Source: Mytilus trossulus (Eukaryota). Taken from it: a stretch of 64,000 nt of DNA. How positions within the stretch are numbered: the first letter of the stretch is position 1; every line of letters starts with the position of its first letter. The notes under the pieces were generated by a model. That model saw only the letters and a list, made by a program, of their open reading frames with translations. It was not told the origin of the DNA and did not search any database. Position numbers and translations under genes: made by a program. The stretch lies in NCBI RefSeq assembly GCF_036588685.1, contig NC_086386.1, forward strand, positions 15,376,001 through 15,440,000, read 5' to 3'. Positions 39,088 through 53,861 of this stretch are shown here, in pieces.

Positions 39088-40229
39088 TTAAGTATAATGT
39101 TTTGATCATCTGCATAAAGCTCACAAAAAAAAATATCGGTTTATAGTCAGAATAAAAAAGAACACCTTAATAAAATTTTTTTTATTTCTCTTCAACGCAA
39201 TAGCTCATTTAGGTGAGTGACTTTAACCATAAAATTAAGTTTTTAATGCACCTACCTAACACACGGCTAAATTATATATCATTTTAAAGCTACACATATG
39301 TACTATCTGTTTTGCCCGGTCGTAAAAAAATCGTACGGTGCAATTTCCGTCAAATCGAGATCAAAGACCAAGGACGAATAAGTGCATATTTTTGAAGATT
39401 TCAGCCTGATTGCATTATATGACTTTTATATACTTAATTCACAAATGCAAACAATTTAAACTTTTAGCAGAGCGATTAACAGTCATTATTCAAATGCATT
39501 TTTTAATATTTAAAGCGTGTTTTTGACAGAGTGCACATGTTTCCTGAAATTCGAGTAAAAGTTAACAAAATGTGTGAAAACCCAAATTTTTCTTTCTGGT
39601 GCAACTGCTTATCACTTTAAACTAAGCAATATCCTGTAATGACTATCAAAGAAGTTTTTGACATCATAAAATTTCCTAAAAGTATGCTTACTTCTAATCA
39701 AACAGCAAATCATAACAACTCATACAGTTGCCCAAAATACCGCCATCTGCGAAAACACTGCTTTTAAGTATTTCTTCCTATTTAAACATTGTATGTGGTC
39801 AATATAAGATTTAATAAACAAATTCTTAAGAATCTGAAAAAATTAGAGTAAATAAATATGTGCGCGAATCATCTTATTGCTTGATTAAAGGGGGTGAATC
39901 TAAGAGAATTGCAATCTGCATTGTAACTACCAGTCTGAAATAAACATATTTTGACTTTTCTAATTGTTTGATTTGTAGCTTTATTATAAATATTGATGTA
40001 GTGAAAAGACCATTTTATTTATTTTATGTGAATTGAAAATTTCGACCAAAATAAATAAAAATAAATTGATGAAAATTGAAATTTCAAAGAATTTAAAAAA
40101 ACTAGTAAACACATTATAAAACTTGATTTCTTGATTGCTTAAATTGCGTTGTTCATTGTTTACATGTATTAATTCATAAAATAAGAATAATTTTGAAGAA
40201 AAAATATCCATTTATACGCAAAGATTCTA

Positions 40230-41660
40230 GTTACAACTAGACTTCCTGAATAGCTTGAATGACTAGTTCATTTTTCATACGAGGATGACTTCATGCAAGA
40301 GTTTCTGATGACGTCTGAAAAGAAGCTTTCATTATCTTGAAACTTCACTTTCCACTATATAGATGTTGTCATCTCACTAAAGAGCGCAAAATTTGTGACA
40401 ATGTTGGACTTGTATTATCCATTGAAATTGGAAATAAAAGACTCAACAGATATGGTTTACTCCATCACGTATCTTGAAATCGATGATGAGGGTTGGTTGA
40501 GAAAAAGTTTTACGACAAGAGAAATGTGCATAAAACAACCCATAGAACCACCCCTTACTACAAAATTATAAACTTCTCATTTCCATCTAACAACATTATA
40601 GCAACGCCTGCATATCTATACTACTAAAGGCGGAGACCGATTTTATTGAGCCGCATCTCCTCTGAAATAAAGGCAACTATAGTATGCCGCTATTCAATAG
40701 TGATCAATCGATTTACTAGTAACTGAAATAAATCCGGGTCACAAAACTAGGGAAACGCATCAACTATAAAGGGAACACAACGATATAACAGAAACACTAA
40801 ACTGCTACAAAAAACACACGCCATCATTCAAAGAAACAGAGTATTCGATACCAACTGTCATATGCCTGACTTGGTACAGGACATTTGATAAAAATTGTGG
40901 TTAAAACATGGTTCTAAACCAGAGTTTAAATGCAAAGTTGAAATCAGCCCTTTGAAAATTTCATGGACGCCACTACGAGTTGGTTGACAATTATGAGATA
41001 TCTGTTTCGCCAGATGACGACTGATAAGTTCCATCGACGTAACCAAATTGCCGTCATCTCTGCCGTGAATGACACCAACCGAATAAGGCTTGGCACCGAG
41101 TTAGAAAATACATTAGCCACAAGACGGGTAAAAGAGAGCAGTGGTGTAGTGGTTAGTGCATCGAACTACTAACACAAAGGTTCCTTGTTCGATTCCCGTT
41201 CCGTGATGAAAATTTCAGGGACTGAATTTTTGGCTCTACTAGACACCATTTGTGAGTATGGTCTTACGGAAACAATGAAAGTCCATCGGAAGGGGACGAT
41301 AAATGGCTGACCCGTGTAAAGAGAGAGCCATATCTCTTGCACGTTAAACACACGTTTGTAGATTTCGAAAAAGAGCAGACTAATGCCGCTACAAGGTAGC
41401 ACTTGCTCACGCAAAATGGAAAGAGATTAATTTAAGTTGCAAAACTTGTTTCCCAATCCACTATAAATAAATATGTTTAAACTAAGACGGTTGTCACATG
41501 TGGAACATAATCTGCCTACCCTTTGGGAGCCCTGAGTTCACTCAAAATTTTTTGGGTAGATTGTGTTACTCAATCTGTAGCTTTATATCTTGTGTTTTGT
41601 ATACTGTTGCTTGTCTTGTTCGTTTGTTGCCCGGCTTTGTCAGTTCGTTTTTAATTATAA
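40230..41660 (+). mobile_element. Fragmented Penelope-like retroelement (RT and C-terminal relics)
   Basis: Decayed NFTF.YID.V.SL, LEIKD.TD, IDDEG.LR..YDKR and GRHYELVD; same family as 60829-61300. Confidence 0.62.
41128..41483 (+). mobile_element. tRNA-derived SINE with Deu/Nin-like central domain
   Basis: A box TGGTGTAGTGG, B box GTTCGATTCCC, central GGGGACGATAAA..GCACGTTAAA..TTCGAAAAAGAGCAG, tail AATAAATATGTTTAAACT, 7-bp TSD AAGACGG (41121 and 41484). Confidence 0.82.
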
Positions 41661-43688
41661 GTTTAAACCCTTGAGTATATTTCGTCCTTATTCAAGTAGT
41701 AAAAGGTTTTGAAATGATAGATCAGTGTAGCTAAATGTATCATGATAACGATTTGGTCTATATATATATATCACCGTGAGCAAATTAAGTTATTTAGTAT
41801 TTTCGCGGATATTTGTCTTATTGCGTTTATCTTCTTCAGTTTACTTTGAGGTGATTTTTGGCCGATTTTCATTACTGCAACTTAATGTCTATTAAGTAAA
41901 AAATATACCAAAGGGGCAATCAACATCTAAAACCATGATTAGAATCAAATAAAGTTAATTAAAACCATGAACAAAATAAAGTTAAAGTCCACGAGACGAA
42001 CAACAGTCCACAAAACACAGCATACCATGAAAACTATCACTCCTTAAACAGCGAATGATCTTATAAGGGAAAGAAGGGTATTTAACTTTGTCATTATGTT
42101 GTTATACACTGCTTATAGTGTTTTACATCCACAATGACATGCTTAATATGTATTTTAAAAGCTTATGTAGAAATTTCTCAAAGCATCTTTTATTCAAATA
42201 ATTAAAGCGAATAAACTTCTAAACACAGTTAATATTATTTAATATAACACGATTTTAAACTAAATAAGAAACAGCCGCATTTTATTTAGTTCGTTTACAT
42301 CACGCTCTAGACAACCAAGTGTTTCTAACCAAGGTTACTTATTTCAATGTTGCCTACGATTTAGTAGCAAAGTCATGTTTGCATTTAAACATAATCATTA
42401 CAAAAAGTAAAAAAGTTTGACTCAGTAAAAGACAGTTTAACCTCAATTACCTCGCATATATTAAGTTCTAACTTTAAATATCCCTTCTTTTATTATGAAA
42501 TCTCATTCTCCTCCCTGATATTCTCAATTAACGATGTGCTATTTTAACATAAATTAACAAAATGATCGCTATTTGAAGATGGTAGGTTTTTGGGCAACTG
42601 CAAACACTTCAATAGAAGGCTGTTCTATGAACAAAAATAAATAATAACATCTTAAAATTACAAAACAAATATTCCTTGACCTAAAATATATACATTTGTC
42701 TATTTTTTAGCATACAAATATCGATTCCCCAAGCTATATTTTACTTTTTGAAAAAAAATTTTTTTTTTAGGGATTTGTGATAAAAATCAATTTTCGGGAA
42801 ATTTTGCGCATCAAATTTCTTATTTTTTGTTGGATTTGGAAATAATGTATCATGTTCCATAAAGTTCATATGATCTTTTGAAAAATTTTAGGGTACAAGA
42901 ATAAGAAAATACCGTTTTATTTAATTGGCATTTTTTTTCTTGACCTTTGACTTTGAATTAACAGAAAATGCACCGTACGATTTTTTTACGACCGGGCAAA
43001 ACAGAAAGTACAGATTATCAGCTTTCGAATGATATATAATACAGCCGTGTGGTAGTTGGGTGCATTAAAGTCGTTAACTAAGCGTCTTTTTGAAATAAGT
43101 CACTCGCCTAATTGCTAGTATGTAAAGACACTTCCTTACATTGTATATTGAACAAGGTTTAAAATATATACACCGTAAAATCATGAAAAGAATGAATTTA
43201 ATGCTGTTTATTTAAACTTCATTTAAAGTCAGTTTTATTGGGAAAAATGGTTATGAGTTTAATATAAAAAAAATCATTTAGATAATTAAAAACGGAATAG
43301 ATTTAAAATGTAAAAAAAATACTTTTAATTTTGTCTAAACAAAACAATGCCCCTTTCGTTCCATCATTTTGGTTTTTTTTAGAATTCATTCAATACACAT
43401 GTGCAGTTAGTTTTATGAAACATATCAATCATTTCAGAAAATCATCTATCAACAGGAGAACTTATGCGACCTTAAGATTTATATTCGGACAAAATCACTC
43501 AGGAATTTAGATAATATTTGACCTTCTATTTTTAACATAACATGGACAATGAAAATATCAACATGGATAAATAATATATAATTACTATATATTAGCAGCC
43601 TTGGTATTTATAAATATGACTTCCTGGATAAACGTTTTCAATAAATATACGTCATGTCTGTAAATATTTCCTTATTGGTTTAGGTACA

Positions 43689-46600
43689 ATGGCTTCGCAT
43701 CGGTTTTTGTTTGTCGCATTGCAATTTATGCTCATCAATAGCATTCATTCACAGACTTGCAGCAAACGAGAAAGGTATGTCTTCAAATTTTTTCAAACTT
43801 CATTTGATTTGTTAAAAAGATATTTACATATTGAATAAGGGCAAAATTAAAACTATGATCATTCCAATATGCAACAAAAAAATTCTGGAATTTCTTCGTG
43901 CGTTCATTCCAGAAACAAATACATTCGAAAAAAAAAATTATCGACACTAAAGATAGTAATTGTCTTATTCTATATTACGAGAGAGTACCACGAGAAAATT
44001 GTGTAATGGCAATTATTTAACAAAACCAGTTGTTCGTGAAGTCATTTTATATAATGGTACTCGTAAAAGCAGGAGACGTTCTGCGAGATGAATATATACT
44101 TTCTCCGCAGGTGATTAATATGCTTATTTATTAAAAATCCGTTTCATATATATATATATATTCATATACTCAATGTAGGTATAACAAATATCTTGAATAC
44201 ATATGGATTTTTAAATATTTGGTTTAATCAGAGTATCTATAGTTTTAATCCAAAATGGTTATATTTGAGCATTAAACAAAGATTTTTTTACCAATTTCGG
44301 CAGACTTAGAAATCAGAAATGGAAAATTCTCTAAAAGCATTATGTTACAAACTGTTTAAAGAAAAACTTTGAATTTGAAGAATATTTAGATTTATTACCA
44401 TACATAGATAAAATAACGTTATATAGTTTAGAACTGGAAATCATCGGTTACCTATAGAAACCGGTAGATGGTGTAGAATTATTAGACAGGAAAGGTACTA
44501 TTTACTTTGTAACTCTCAAGAGATAGGCGAGGGTTTTCAACTGTACAGCTCTAACAGAAATTAAAAGAGCTTATCTTAAATCTTACTATGTAAGCCGAGT
44601 AAATGATTTGAAATTCGGCACTTTATTTATTTCAAAAAATATTTGTGTATTGAAAAAATTGTGTATTTATCAGAATTATCAATATAGAAGTTTGTTCTCC
44701 AGGTTGATCACCAATCTCTCATTCTTATTGCTATTTCTGTGCAAACTTGTCATGCGCAAATTATGTATGTTATTATATGTAAAAATATCTTTCTTTGTAC
44801 CATTTGGTTTTAATAAAAAGTAAAGAATCTAAAGAATGTGTGCACACATATTTGTGACCGCTCAGTGGTTTGATTGGTCGTCCTTCAAATCATTTTTCAG
44901 ATAATTTTTTAGCCTTTTTAATTCAATTTAAGTTTTTTTTTTTTTTTTTTTACCTTATATCGGTACATTTGTTAAACATGTAGCTGCAATTCTTTCCACC
45001 GTGTTATTTCAGTGTTGATTAAGTGCAGTTAGTTGACTCTGACATAATCACATGTAAAGAACACAGCGTCTTGAGCCTGTCCATGATAAAACCCTGCTAA
45101 AAAGTTCGGAAGCAACATATTTGCCAACCTTTCTGAAATCTTGTTTATAAGTTAACCTAATCTTATATATTGTAAATAAATATAAACTTTTAGTCTGTTT
45201 GTATATAATTGCGGTAGGGGGCGCCACCTTAGATTGTATAGATTTTCAGATGAAAACCAATAGAAAATACACTAATTTAGAAAATAAAATAGAACATTTT
45301 GAGACAGTATAAATATAATAGTAATGAAGATATTATCAACAAAAGAGGCATCACATATAAAATATAATATAAGGTCCTCTTCATAGCCATATCTGCCATA
45401 AACAAAAATTGAAGAAAGACAAGGGCAGATAACTCGAAAAATTTAGCAGATTTCCTATTTTCCAAGAAATGCCCTAGTTCACAGAGTTTTACATACTAAG
45501 AAAATGTATTTTTGTTTAGTGTGTTTTTATCTCATTAACTCCTCATACAAAAGCAACATTATACAGTTGATTTTAAGAAGTGAGATACTGGCCTTCAAAA
45601 ACCAATATGTAACTTGATAAAGATATCGGTAGGAGTTTTATTATTTCAGTAATGAGAAAGTGACCTATACATGTATTTGATTCATTAAGGTACGAATATT
45701 TATAAAACTTACTAATAGGGTAATGTGATTTAAACATAATATTCATATTATGCTGGTAGCTTTTTTTGCTGAAATGTTACAACGTCAGATGAATGTTTAA
45801 GAGGCCAAGTTGCACAGAGCCAACTCCTTAGAAAACCTTAATAAACCCGTCATCTTTTAATGTATTTTCAATACTTGCAGATTTGTGTATGGAGAAACAA
45901 CAACTTATTCTATAAAATACTATTGCTGCACTAATGCCATTGAAAAGAATGGAAGATGTGAAAGTATGTATCATATAACAATACATTGGACTACGCTGTT
46001 AGCATATTGAAGTAAAAACATCAAATAAAAAGCAAATAATTGAATATCGGAAACAGAAATAACAACTATTTCTTCGAGATCATACCGGTGTACGATATAG
46101 GACTACAAAGCATCCCACTTGTAACAAAATATTCGCAAAATATTTCTGCAATTTGTTAAGAATTTACATAAAAAAATATTTGCGCAAAGATTGACTGGGT
46201 ATACAATACGTCTATGACGAACACCCCATATTGCACTCCAGCCTACGCTAGTAGGGTCAATCAAGGAGGGACTTGGGAATCCATTTAATCTCTTTAGAGA
46301 TTAGTGTTTTAAATTTGTTATTTTTCTTGTATATTTTGTTTTTGTTTTCGTTATTTATCAACATATTATAGGTAATGTAATCGGTGATGGTTGTTGTGGT
46401 GATGGTGGTGTTCGTGATAAGTAAAATCTGCTGTAATATCGTTATTGTGCTGGCCTCACGTAAATCATCAGTATGCGTTTTTTGTTACTATTCCTCTTTT
46501 GAAAATTAATGTGAACAAGGTTTTTTTTCTTTTTCAAAATTTGTAATTTATCATGGACTAAACTAGAAATAATCTAAATAAAAATAACTAGTCGTCAGCA

Positions 46601-49600
46601 ATGAAACGCAAAATTCTTTATGTTATATACTATTTTTTCCCCCGAATGGTGCCGTAAACTATTTATATAATATCGTATTGTGTCTATTCAGTCATTTGTC
46701 GAGAACTTTTTTTTATGATTCTTTTGAAATGTCACAATTAAGCTAAGGATAAAAAAAGATATTCACTCTTATGATTACAATGTCCGTCAATGTACACAAA
46801 AACAATCAAGCCTCTGCACCAAATAATTAATTAAAACATACATTTGTAAGTTGTTTCCGTTTTTCAACGACACGAAAAAAGCTCTACGGTTCAATCCCAA
46901 TACATGTACCAAAATGTAAACTGATAGATTAACTTGTATGTTCTTGATTATAGCATGTCCAAAGGGTTTCAGTAATAAGAACAACCATTGCCGTCAGTGT
47001 GCAGAGGGTATTTTTGGAGAAAGATGTGCATTTAAGTGTTTGTGTGAGACAAACGAAAGGTAGGTTTAATATGTCTTATGAGTAAATTTTGCTTATCTAC
47101 AATTTATGTACCTATAAAAAAAATAACCATTGTATGGTTTCTGTATGATTTTCATGACTATGAGATGAACACATGATGAACGCACTGTTTTTTTGCTTTA
47201 TGTGTTTGTTGCTGGTCACATTTCGGCATTGTGCCATGGATGCATATACCTTATCCTCCCTTTTCTTTAATTATACTCACTTGATGAAATTAAGACATAA
47301 GCATTTTTCATTTGCTCCTTTTCCAATAAGTATGCGGCATTAAGGAGAAAGGCCCTCTTACATTGTCCATGCACAAGGGAGGCAGGTGAGGAAGGCAACC
47401 TATATATAGGGACGCTGGGGTTGGATGTAAGGGTACAGTATATTTTTCATTAAAAAATGAAAAAAAACCTGCAGTTTGCATATATTTTCAATATTAATTT
47501 TGTTTGACAAAACATTGAAATATTTTCCTAAATGTTTGAAAAGACTTCGACATTTTCATTAATTTGATTTAAAATGACATGTGGCATCGATACCATAAAC
47601 AAGTTCCTTTCGAAGATTGTCATGATACCATTTGACTTCATTTTCTAAAACGGAATAATAAAGTACTTAGATCACACATAACTGTTTTGTACAGATTTAA
47701 AAACAACCAAAAGAGATACATTAAAAACGAAATGTCAGAATTGCCGCCAATGGAAGAATATATACAATTGATTTCCTTTATGGAGTAAGATAGAAAAAAC
47801 TTGTTGGCATGAATAGTGTGTCGAGGTAGTGATACATTGTACATGTCTTCGCCATTACTGTTATTTTATGAACTAGCGAATTAAAAATCCGACTCAACGT
47901 ATAGGTCAAGTACAGAACAGAGTTTTAGCTCATATCACATTATCATCTACTTGTCCTGAACATATGTTTGATTAACCACAAGACGTTAAACATCCATTCA
48001 TCCATCCGTCCATCAATCAATGAGCAATCAATCAATCAAATTGCTGTTGTCTGCAAATTATCGGTTTTCTAAACATGTTAGAGAAAAAAGGCGTGCCGAA
48101 AATTTATAGTTACTGTCCGGTAAACTACCAGAAATGGAAACACAGAATACTTCCTTCTTTGCACAATTTCACATACTAACGTGAACTGGCATATATCAGA
48201 TGAATGTAAATGGGTTTTGTTAAACCTTAATCTTGGTTTTATAATTACATATGGATATACCACTTTTATAATAACCTGACGATTTTTCCTTTCCGATTGT
48301 TATGTCTCCTTGCCTTTGCTTTGATGATAAAATTATGTTGGCTTCTTCATATGGGATTGGTTTTTTTTCATTTGGTTGTGTCTTAATTACTAAACAACAA
48401 TGCCAGTAGAAATATAAATATCATAATTTGATTAATTTTTGTTCAAAATTAAAGTTATCACAACTATTAAGTTTTTTCATTTGCTTGTGTCTTAATTACC
48501 AAACAACAATGGCAGTAGAAATATAAATATCATAATTTGATTAATTTTTGTTTAAAAGTTATCACAACTATAACGTTTTATTAAGAAAGTATGATTCATA
48601 TTTCAAAATGTAATAACAAATGGTTTTTTTTTCATCAAGCTTTAAACGTTGATTTTCATATCTGTTTATCTTTTTGGCTCGTATTGTTGTTTAATAACGT
48701 TATCACAATTTTGATTAGATTAGCTAATTTGTAGCTGGGGAATACTTCAATGTTTCTTTTGGTTATTATTTGTTGTTGCATAATTTGTTTTAAGCATAGC
48801 AAAAGCCGTGCTTTTTTATCTTGCCGTTCTCTTTATGACATTGTTAAGAGCACGACTAATAGGCAGGAACAATGCTTTGAACATGATTGAAATATTTAGA
48901 TTTGATTGAAGATGTATTATGTTCGTATGCGAATGACTCCAGAACATTTGATTAGCTCATGAGCTGTTTATTATTAATGATTTTTGACTTGTACAATTTT
49001 GAATGATTTGTATGGCCTACGCTTAGCTTGCAACATTACAAAAGTTTTAATTTTACATCTTTTCTTGTATAGCTGTGACCATGTACTTGGCTGTATTAAT
49101 TCCACCACAAGTACTGAACTGTCTTGTAAGTACTTCTTGTTAGACAGCGTATTTAACAAAAATAAAAAGAACTACTTAAGATAAACAAACAAAATATTTT
49201 GACAAAGATATGAAATAAACCTGATCCCTGGTGATTTTTAAGAATTGCATTTCTGCGCTTCACTTTAAAAATGTGTGCACGTTAAACGTTTAAAGACTCA
49301 TTCATTAACAAAGTGAAAAGTTAAATCACAAAAATACAGACCTCCGAGGAAAATACAAAATGGAAAGTCCCTAATCAAATGGCAAAATCAAAAATTCAAA
49401 CGAATAGAAACGACTGTCATATTCCTGACTGGGTACAGGCAAACACACAATGCGTAAAATTACATTTTTATGCTACAACCATACAATCACAAATGAAATC
49501 ATGCCTTTCTGCTGATTTTTCTTCTTCTATATAAAAAAGAAGATATGGTATGATTGCCAATGAGACAACTATCCACAAAAGACCAAAATGACACAGAAAT

Positions 49601-51554
49601 TAACAACTACAGGTCACCGTACGGCCTTCAACAATGAGCAAAGCCCATATTGCATAGCCAGCTATATCGCTTTAATGCTGTCATGGAAATATAGCACATG
49701 CATGCGGTCATATGTCGATTGTATACGTAAAATCGAGTTTGAACCTATATATCATCATAGCTTCTAATTTTCACCAACTGAAGAGACACCCCCCCCAAAA
49801 AAAAAACAACAACAAAAAAAAACAAAAAACAATTTAAGACCAAAGACAGACCGAATCGACAAAAACGTCCATTAGGTAAACAAAAGCACACACAGAAAAC
49901 TGTCGTTCCCGTTTCAAAATATTTGTTAAACCGATTCATTAATCTGTAATGCTATGTAGTCCCTATTCCGTTAGTGCACTTGTCTTATTCTACACATACG
50001 AATATTCGTTCAGTCCACTGACACATTGAGACAGATATGATCTATATTTAAATTGTACTAAATGTCTAAAAACTCTAGTGTTGGTTCCGGTATATCATAA
50101 TAACGAGACAAATATAAACATATACTTCCGCAATATCCTCTTCAAAGTACTTTGTAAACAAGTGTCTGTCGAGGACTTGGAGGGGATGAAAAGTTCGTTA
50201 CCTTGTTCTCTACTTGGTAGGGGTTGAATGTTACATGATAGTGTTATTATCGTTTCCGTTTTTGTTATTTTCTATGTTGTTTTTTTATTAACTTCGTGTG
50301 TTTTGTTTGTTGTTTTTCTTACATTTTTTTTAATTCTTCTGCATTTCTTACAAAAAATTTGAGAAGCTATAGCTGATGGTTGGAGCACAATTTCTCTAAA
50401 TATATCGGGAAAATCAATATGATTCTAGAATATATATTATAAAAAAATCAATCGTTTAAATAGCTTGTTTGTTTACTTTTTTCTTTTCTTAAAAATCATT
50501 GAACTTGCATTAATTTGTATGGTTTAAACAGACATGCCAAAAGTACTAGGATTTTAATTTAGTACACAAGACGCGCGTTTCGTCTACATACAACTCACCA
50601 GTGATGCTCATATCAAAATTGTTATAAAGCCAAACAAGTACAAAGTTGAAGAGCATTGAGGATCCAAAATTCCAAAACGTTTTGCCAAATACGGCTAAAG
50701 TAATTTATTCCTGGGACAAGAAAATCCTTAGTTTTTTTCGAAAAATTCAAAGTTTTGTAAATAAGAAATTTATAAAAATAACCACATAATTGATATACAT
50801 GTCTACACCGAAGTGCTTACTACTGGGCAGGTGATACCCTCATGGACGAAACGTCCACCAGCAGTGCCATCGACCCAGTAGTGTAAATAGTTATCAAAAG
50901 TACCAGGATTATAATTTAGTACGCCAAAAGCACGTATATATTGGAAGATATGCTTACTTTTATAAGTTCATGTTTTACAGCACAGTTAACCATTACACCA
51001 ATGAAAGAGAGAGATCCCTCAAACAGTAAGTTCGATATTTGTCATTCGAATTACACATTTCATGAAAAGGTCAACTATTTTTTAATTTGAATTTGATAAA
51101 AAAAAATAAGTTCAAGATACTAATTATGTTGTTACTTGCAAGGTATAATTGTACACAACGTATACCATAAAGCAAAATATAAGTGCAATATATACACTAA
51201 ATGCAAGCAAATTTTTTGTAGTCTGACTGGACATAGTTTAATGGTATTATACTAACACAATTCTTTATACTTTCTCCTAAAGGTACGCCGCAAAGTAATT
51301 ACGTAGTGATATACATGTCCTCTATTGCCACGGTTGGTGCAACTGTTATCATTGCATTAGCACTGTGGAGACAGAAGGATTGGATAAAGAAAAGACTAAA
51401 CAGTCGGAATCTGAGGTTTCCAAGGTTACAAGGAAAGTCTAATGCTGATGAGGAATTGAAACAAAAGGCCTTTGTAAGGAAAAGTGAAAACGTATATGAA
51501 GACATCAATGAAAGATACATGCTCAAGGATTTTGAAAAAATGGATTTTATCTAG
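43689..51554 (+). CDS. Small MEGF10/SCARF-like EGF type I membrane protein, 214 aa. Exons 43689-43774, 45881-45963, 46954-47059, 49073-49125, 50981-51025, 51283-51554
   Basis: All introns are GT-AG with matching phases (2,1,2,1,1). Signal MASHRFLFVALQFMLINSIHS; YYCC..KNGRCETCPKG..CAEGIFGERCAFKCLC..CDHVLGC; S/T stalk; TM VVIYMSSIATVGATVIIALALW then RQK; tail NVYEDI; AATAAA at ~51906. Confidence 0.87.
44170..44830 (+). mobile_element. 5'-truncated decayed LINE 3' end in intron 1 of the EGF gene
   Basis: FEFEEYLDLLP and FRTGNHRLPIETGRW, followed by AATAAA and a short repeated tail. Confidence 0.7.
48363..48570. repeat. Tandem duplication, 109-bp period x2
   Basis: TTGTGTCTTAATTAC..AGTAGAAATATAAATATCATAATTTGATTAATTTTTG occurs twice. 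Confidence 0.85.
50540..50930 (-). mobile_element. Full retrozyme-like monomer (~357 nt) with terminal direct repeat; hammerhead at 50563-50609 is mutated
   Basis: AAGTAC.AGGATT.TAATTTAGTAC at 50541 and 50898. The core reads CUGGUGA..GACGAAACGCGCGUC on the minus strand. Confidence 0.8.
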
Positions 51555-52865
51555 CACGAAATCCTCTTTGTAAACCAAATTTAATATGACAAAGAAGGAC
51601 TTAACTCTATTTATATATTTTTCACATTACACTTGAACTGCTGTTATTCAAAGAAAATATTTAAAAGAGACAGGTTATTTTTCAATCTAAATTGATGCAA
51701 GCCAAAGCAAGATCAAGAAGGTTTTTTTTATTAAAGGTCCTTTTTGTAGACTTTTAAGGGGTTGATCATTTGATTTTCAGACAAAATTACCATGTTAACC
51801 TGTTTAAGTTTTTCATATGTGTCACTCTGCTATAGAAAAAACCCAACATTTACCTGAAGTCTGAAGCATTGTTTTGTATGATGAAATGTAATAGAAAAAG
51901 AAAAGAATAAAGTTTAAAAAATATTGTTTAAAATTAAAGTCATTGAAAATATTTGAAATTCATCTTTAGATATATATATATAAGTATTGTATAGATCCTT
52001 CAAAGTAGGTATCTACATACTGTAATTTGCTTAATGCGAAACTATTTTTATTGAAAGTTAACCCTGTTTGTCAATTTGAAATGTGGTGAACTTGTAAAGA
52101 TTGTTAAACTTTTAATTTCCTTTTAGTTTGTGTCCTCAAATTTTAAGTACTATGACTCCGTGGTAAATGACTTTTTCACAAAATAGAGAAAAAGGTGTTC
52201 CATTATAAAAATATTATTTTAGCGATTGAATATGTTGACAAAACAAAAACAGTCAGGGGACAATATGACACTTATTATGTTTTCCTCGTTCTGATTTGTT
52301 GTCGGAGTTTATTAACAGCAGCAAATTTATAATTTTTTTTAAAGTTATTGTTTTTATAATATACATAATATATGTATTGTCAAATAATTAAAAAAAACAT
52401 TAAAACAAAATAAATTCTTTTGTTGAATTCTTGAATTGAAATAAAAACAATAGTTTTAAGAAGAATTGATAGAGACCATACATGTACATGTACTTATTTA
52501 TTTTTCCTAATTTGTGGCAAATGCTAAAATGAATCTTGAAAGTCAAAGGCAAAGAAAATACTTAATCGATTCCCAACAAAATGTAAAACGTTTAGAATAT
52601 TCATTTCCGGATATTTTTATACAGAGTAAACTCTAGTGGGACTGGTGCTTTAGCCTTTTTGGTAATTTCATAATTATATGAATTTGTAGTGAATGTTATT
52701 TGAATATAATCTAGGTGAAGAACATATTTTATTTTCCCAATATAAGAACCTTATTTAACTTGAGACATTTAATTTCCATTAATATTCCAAATGTCTTTTT
52801 TTTCTTTTCTTCTGTTCATATAATTCTTTGATGTGTCTACAGTTGACGACAAAACAGCAAATCAA

Positions 52866-53192
52866 CCCACTGCTGGTGGACGTTTTGTCCCCAAAGGTAT
52901 CACCAGTCCAGTTGTCGGTGTTTACATGAAGATCAATTACATGGTAATTTTTATAAATTGCTGTTTGCTAAAGTATGAATTATTCAAATTACTTAGGATT
53001 TTCTTATCTCAGGCATAGATTACCTAAGCCGTATTTGGCACAATGTTTTGAAATTTTGGGTCCACAATGCTCTTTAACTTTATACTTGTTTGGCTTTCTT
53101 ACTATTTTGATCTGAGCTTGACTGATGAGTCTTATGTAGACGAAATGCGCGTCTGGCGTATTAAATTATAAGCCTGGTATCTTTGATAACTA
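52866..53192 (+). mobile_element. Retrozyme-like monomer; hammerhead at 53114-53160 has an intact catalytic core
   Basis: Reverse-complement homologue of 50540-50930. CTGATGA-GTCTTATGTAGAC-GAAA-TGCGCG-TC-TGGCGTA; stem I is weakened. Confidence 0.8.
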
Positions 53193-53861
53193 TTATCATT
53201 GTCAACATTTTTGTCTATGCTGAAATATTCAAACATCAACGTTGAGCATAAGCGGTATTTGTTTTCAGATTTGGATGCAATATACCTGTTCTTGTGTTGT
53301 TTTTTCCTGTCTTCAATTGAATGATTTTGATTCAATGCCCTACTTTCCATAAATTTACTTGCAGACTTCTAATTGTTCTGGGTAGTATTTTGTGAACTTT
53401 TGTTTGTCTTAAATTCTTTTTCCTTTTTTAAAGCAATTGTCTGTCCTTCTAATTTCTGATCGTGATTGTCTTAAATGTATGTTATTGCATATTTGAATAA
53501 ATTAAATAAGGAGTGCGAGTACTTATTAATGACATTTCATCACAAAAAGTAACCAATTTTAGTCGAAAGTCATTACGAAAGTCATTACGGAAGTCATTAT
53601 GGAACTCATAAAGAGACACATAATAAGTAAAATCATTTGGTGATTTGGAATTTAATTCGTGATCTCGGGTAATAAATGCGTTATGTCGGTTCCTAATCCG
53701 TAATCTAGGCTTCAATATCCGTGATCTTTGATTCCAAATACGTGGTCTCGTATTTTCAATCCGTGATCTCCATTCCCCATTCGTGTTCTCGGATTAATAT
53801 TCGGATGTAGTAGATATTTTTGGAAGCCATAAAGGTAGTAATACACAATTAGAAGTGTAGT

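Larger units (their letters stand above)
39201..43117. mobile_element. Old DNA element with ~170-bp diverged terminal inverted repeats and nested insertions
   Basis: CTGTTTTGCCCGGTCGTAAAAAAATCGTACGGTGCA (~39306-39342) is inverted at ~42969-43004. Termini TAGC..TTAGGTGAGTGACTT / AAGTCACTCGCCTAATTGCTA. Confidence 0.72.
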
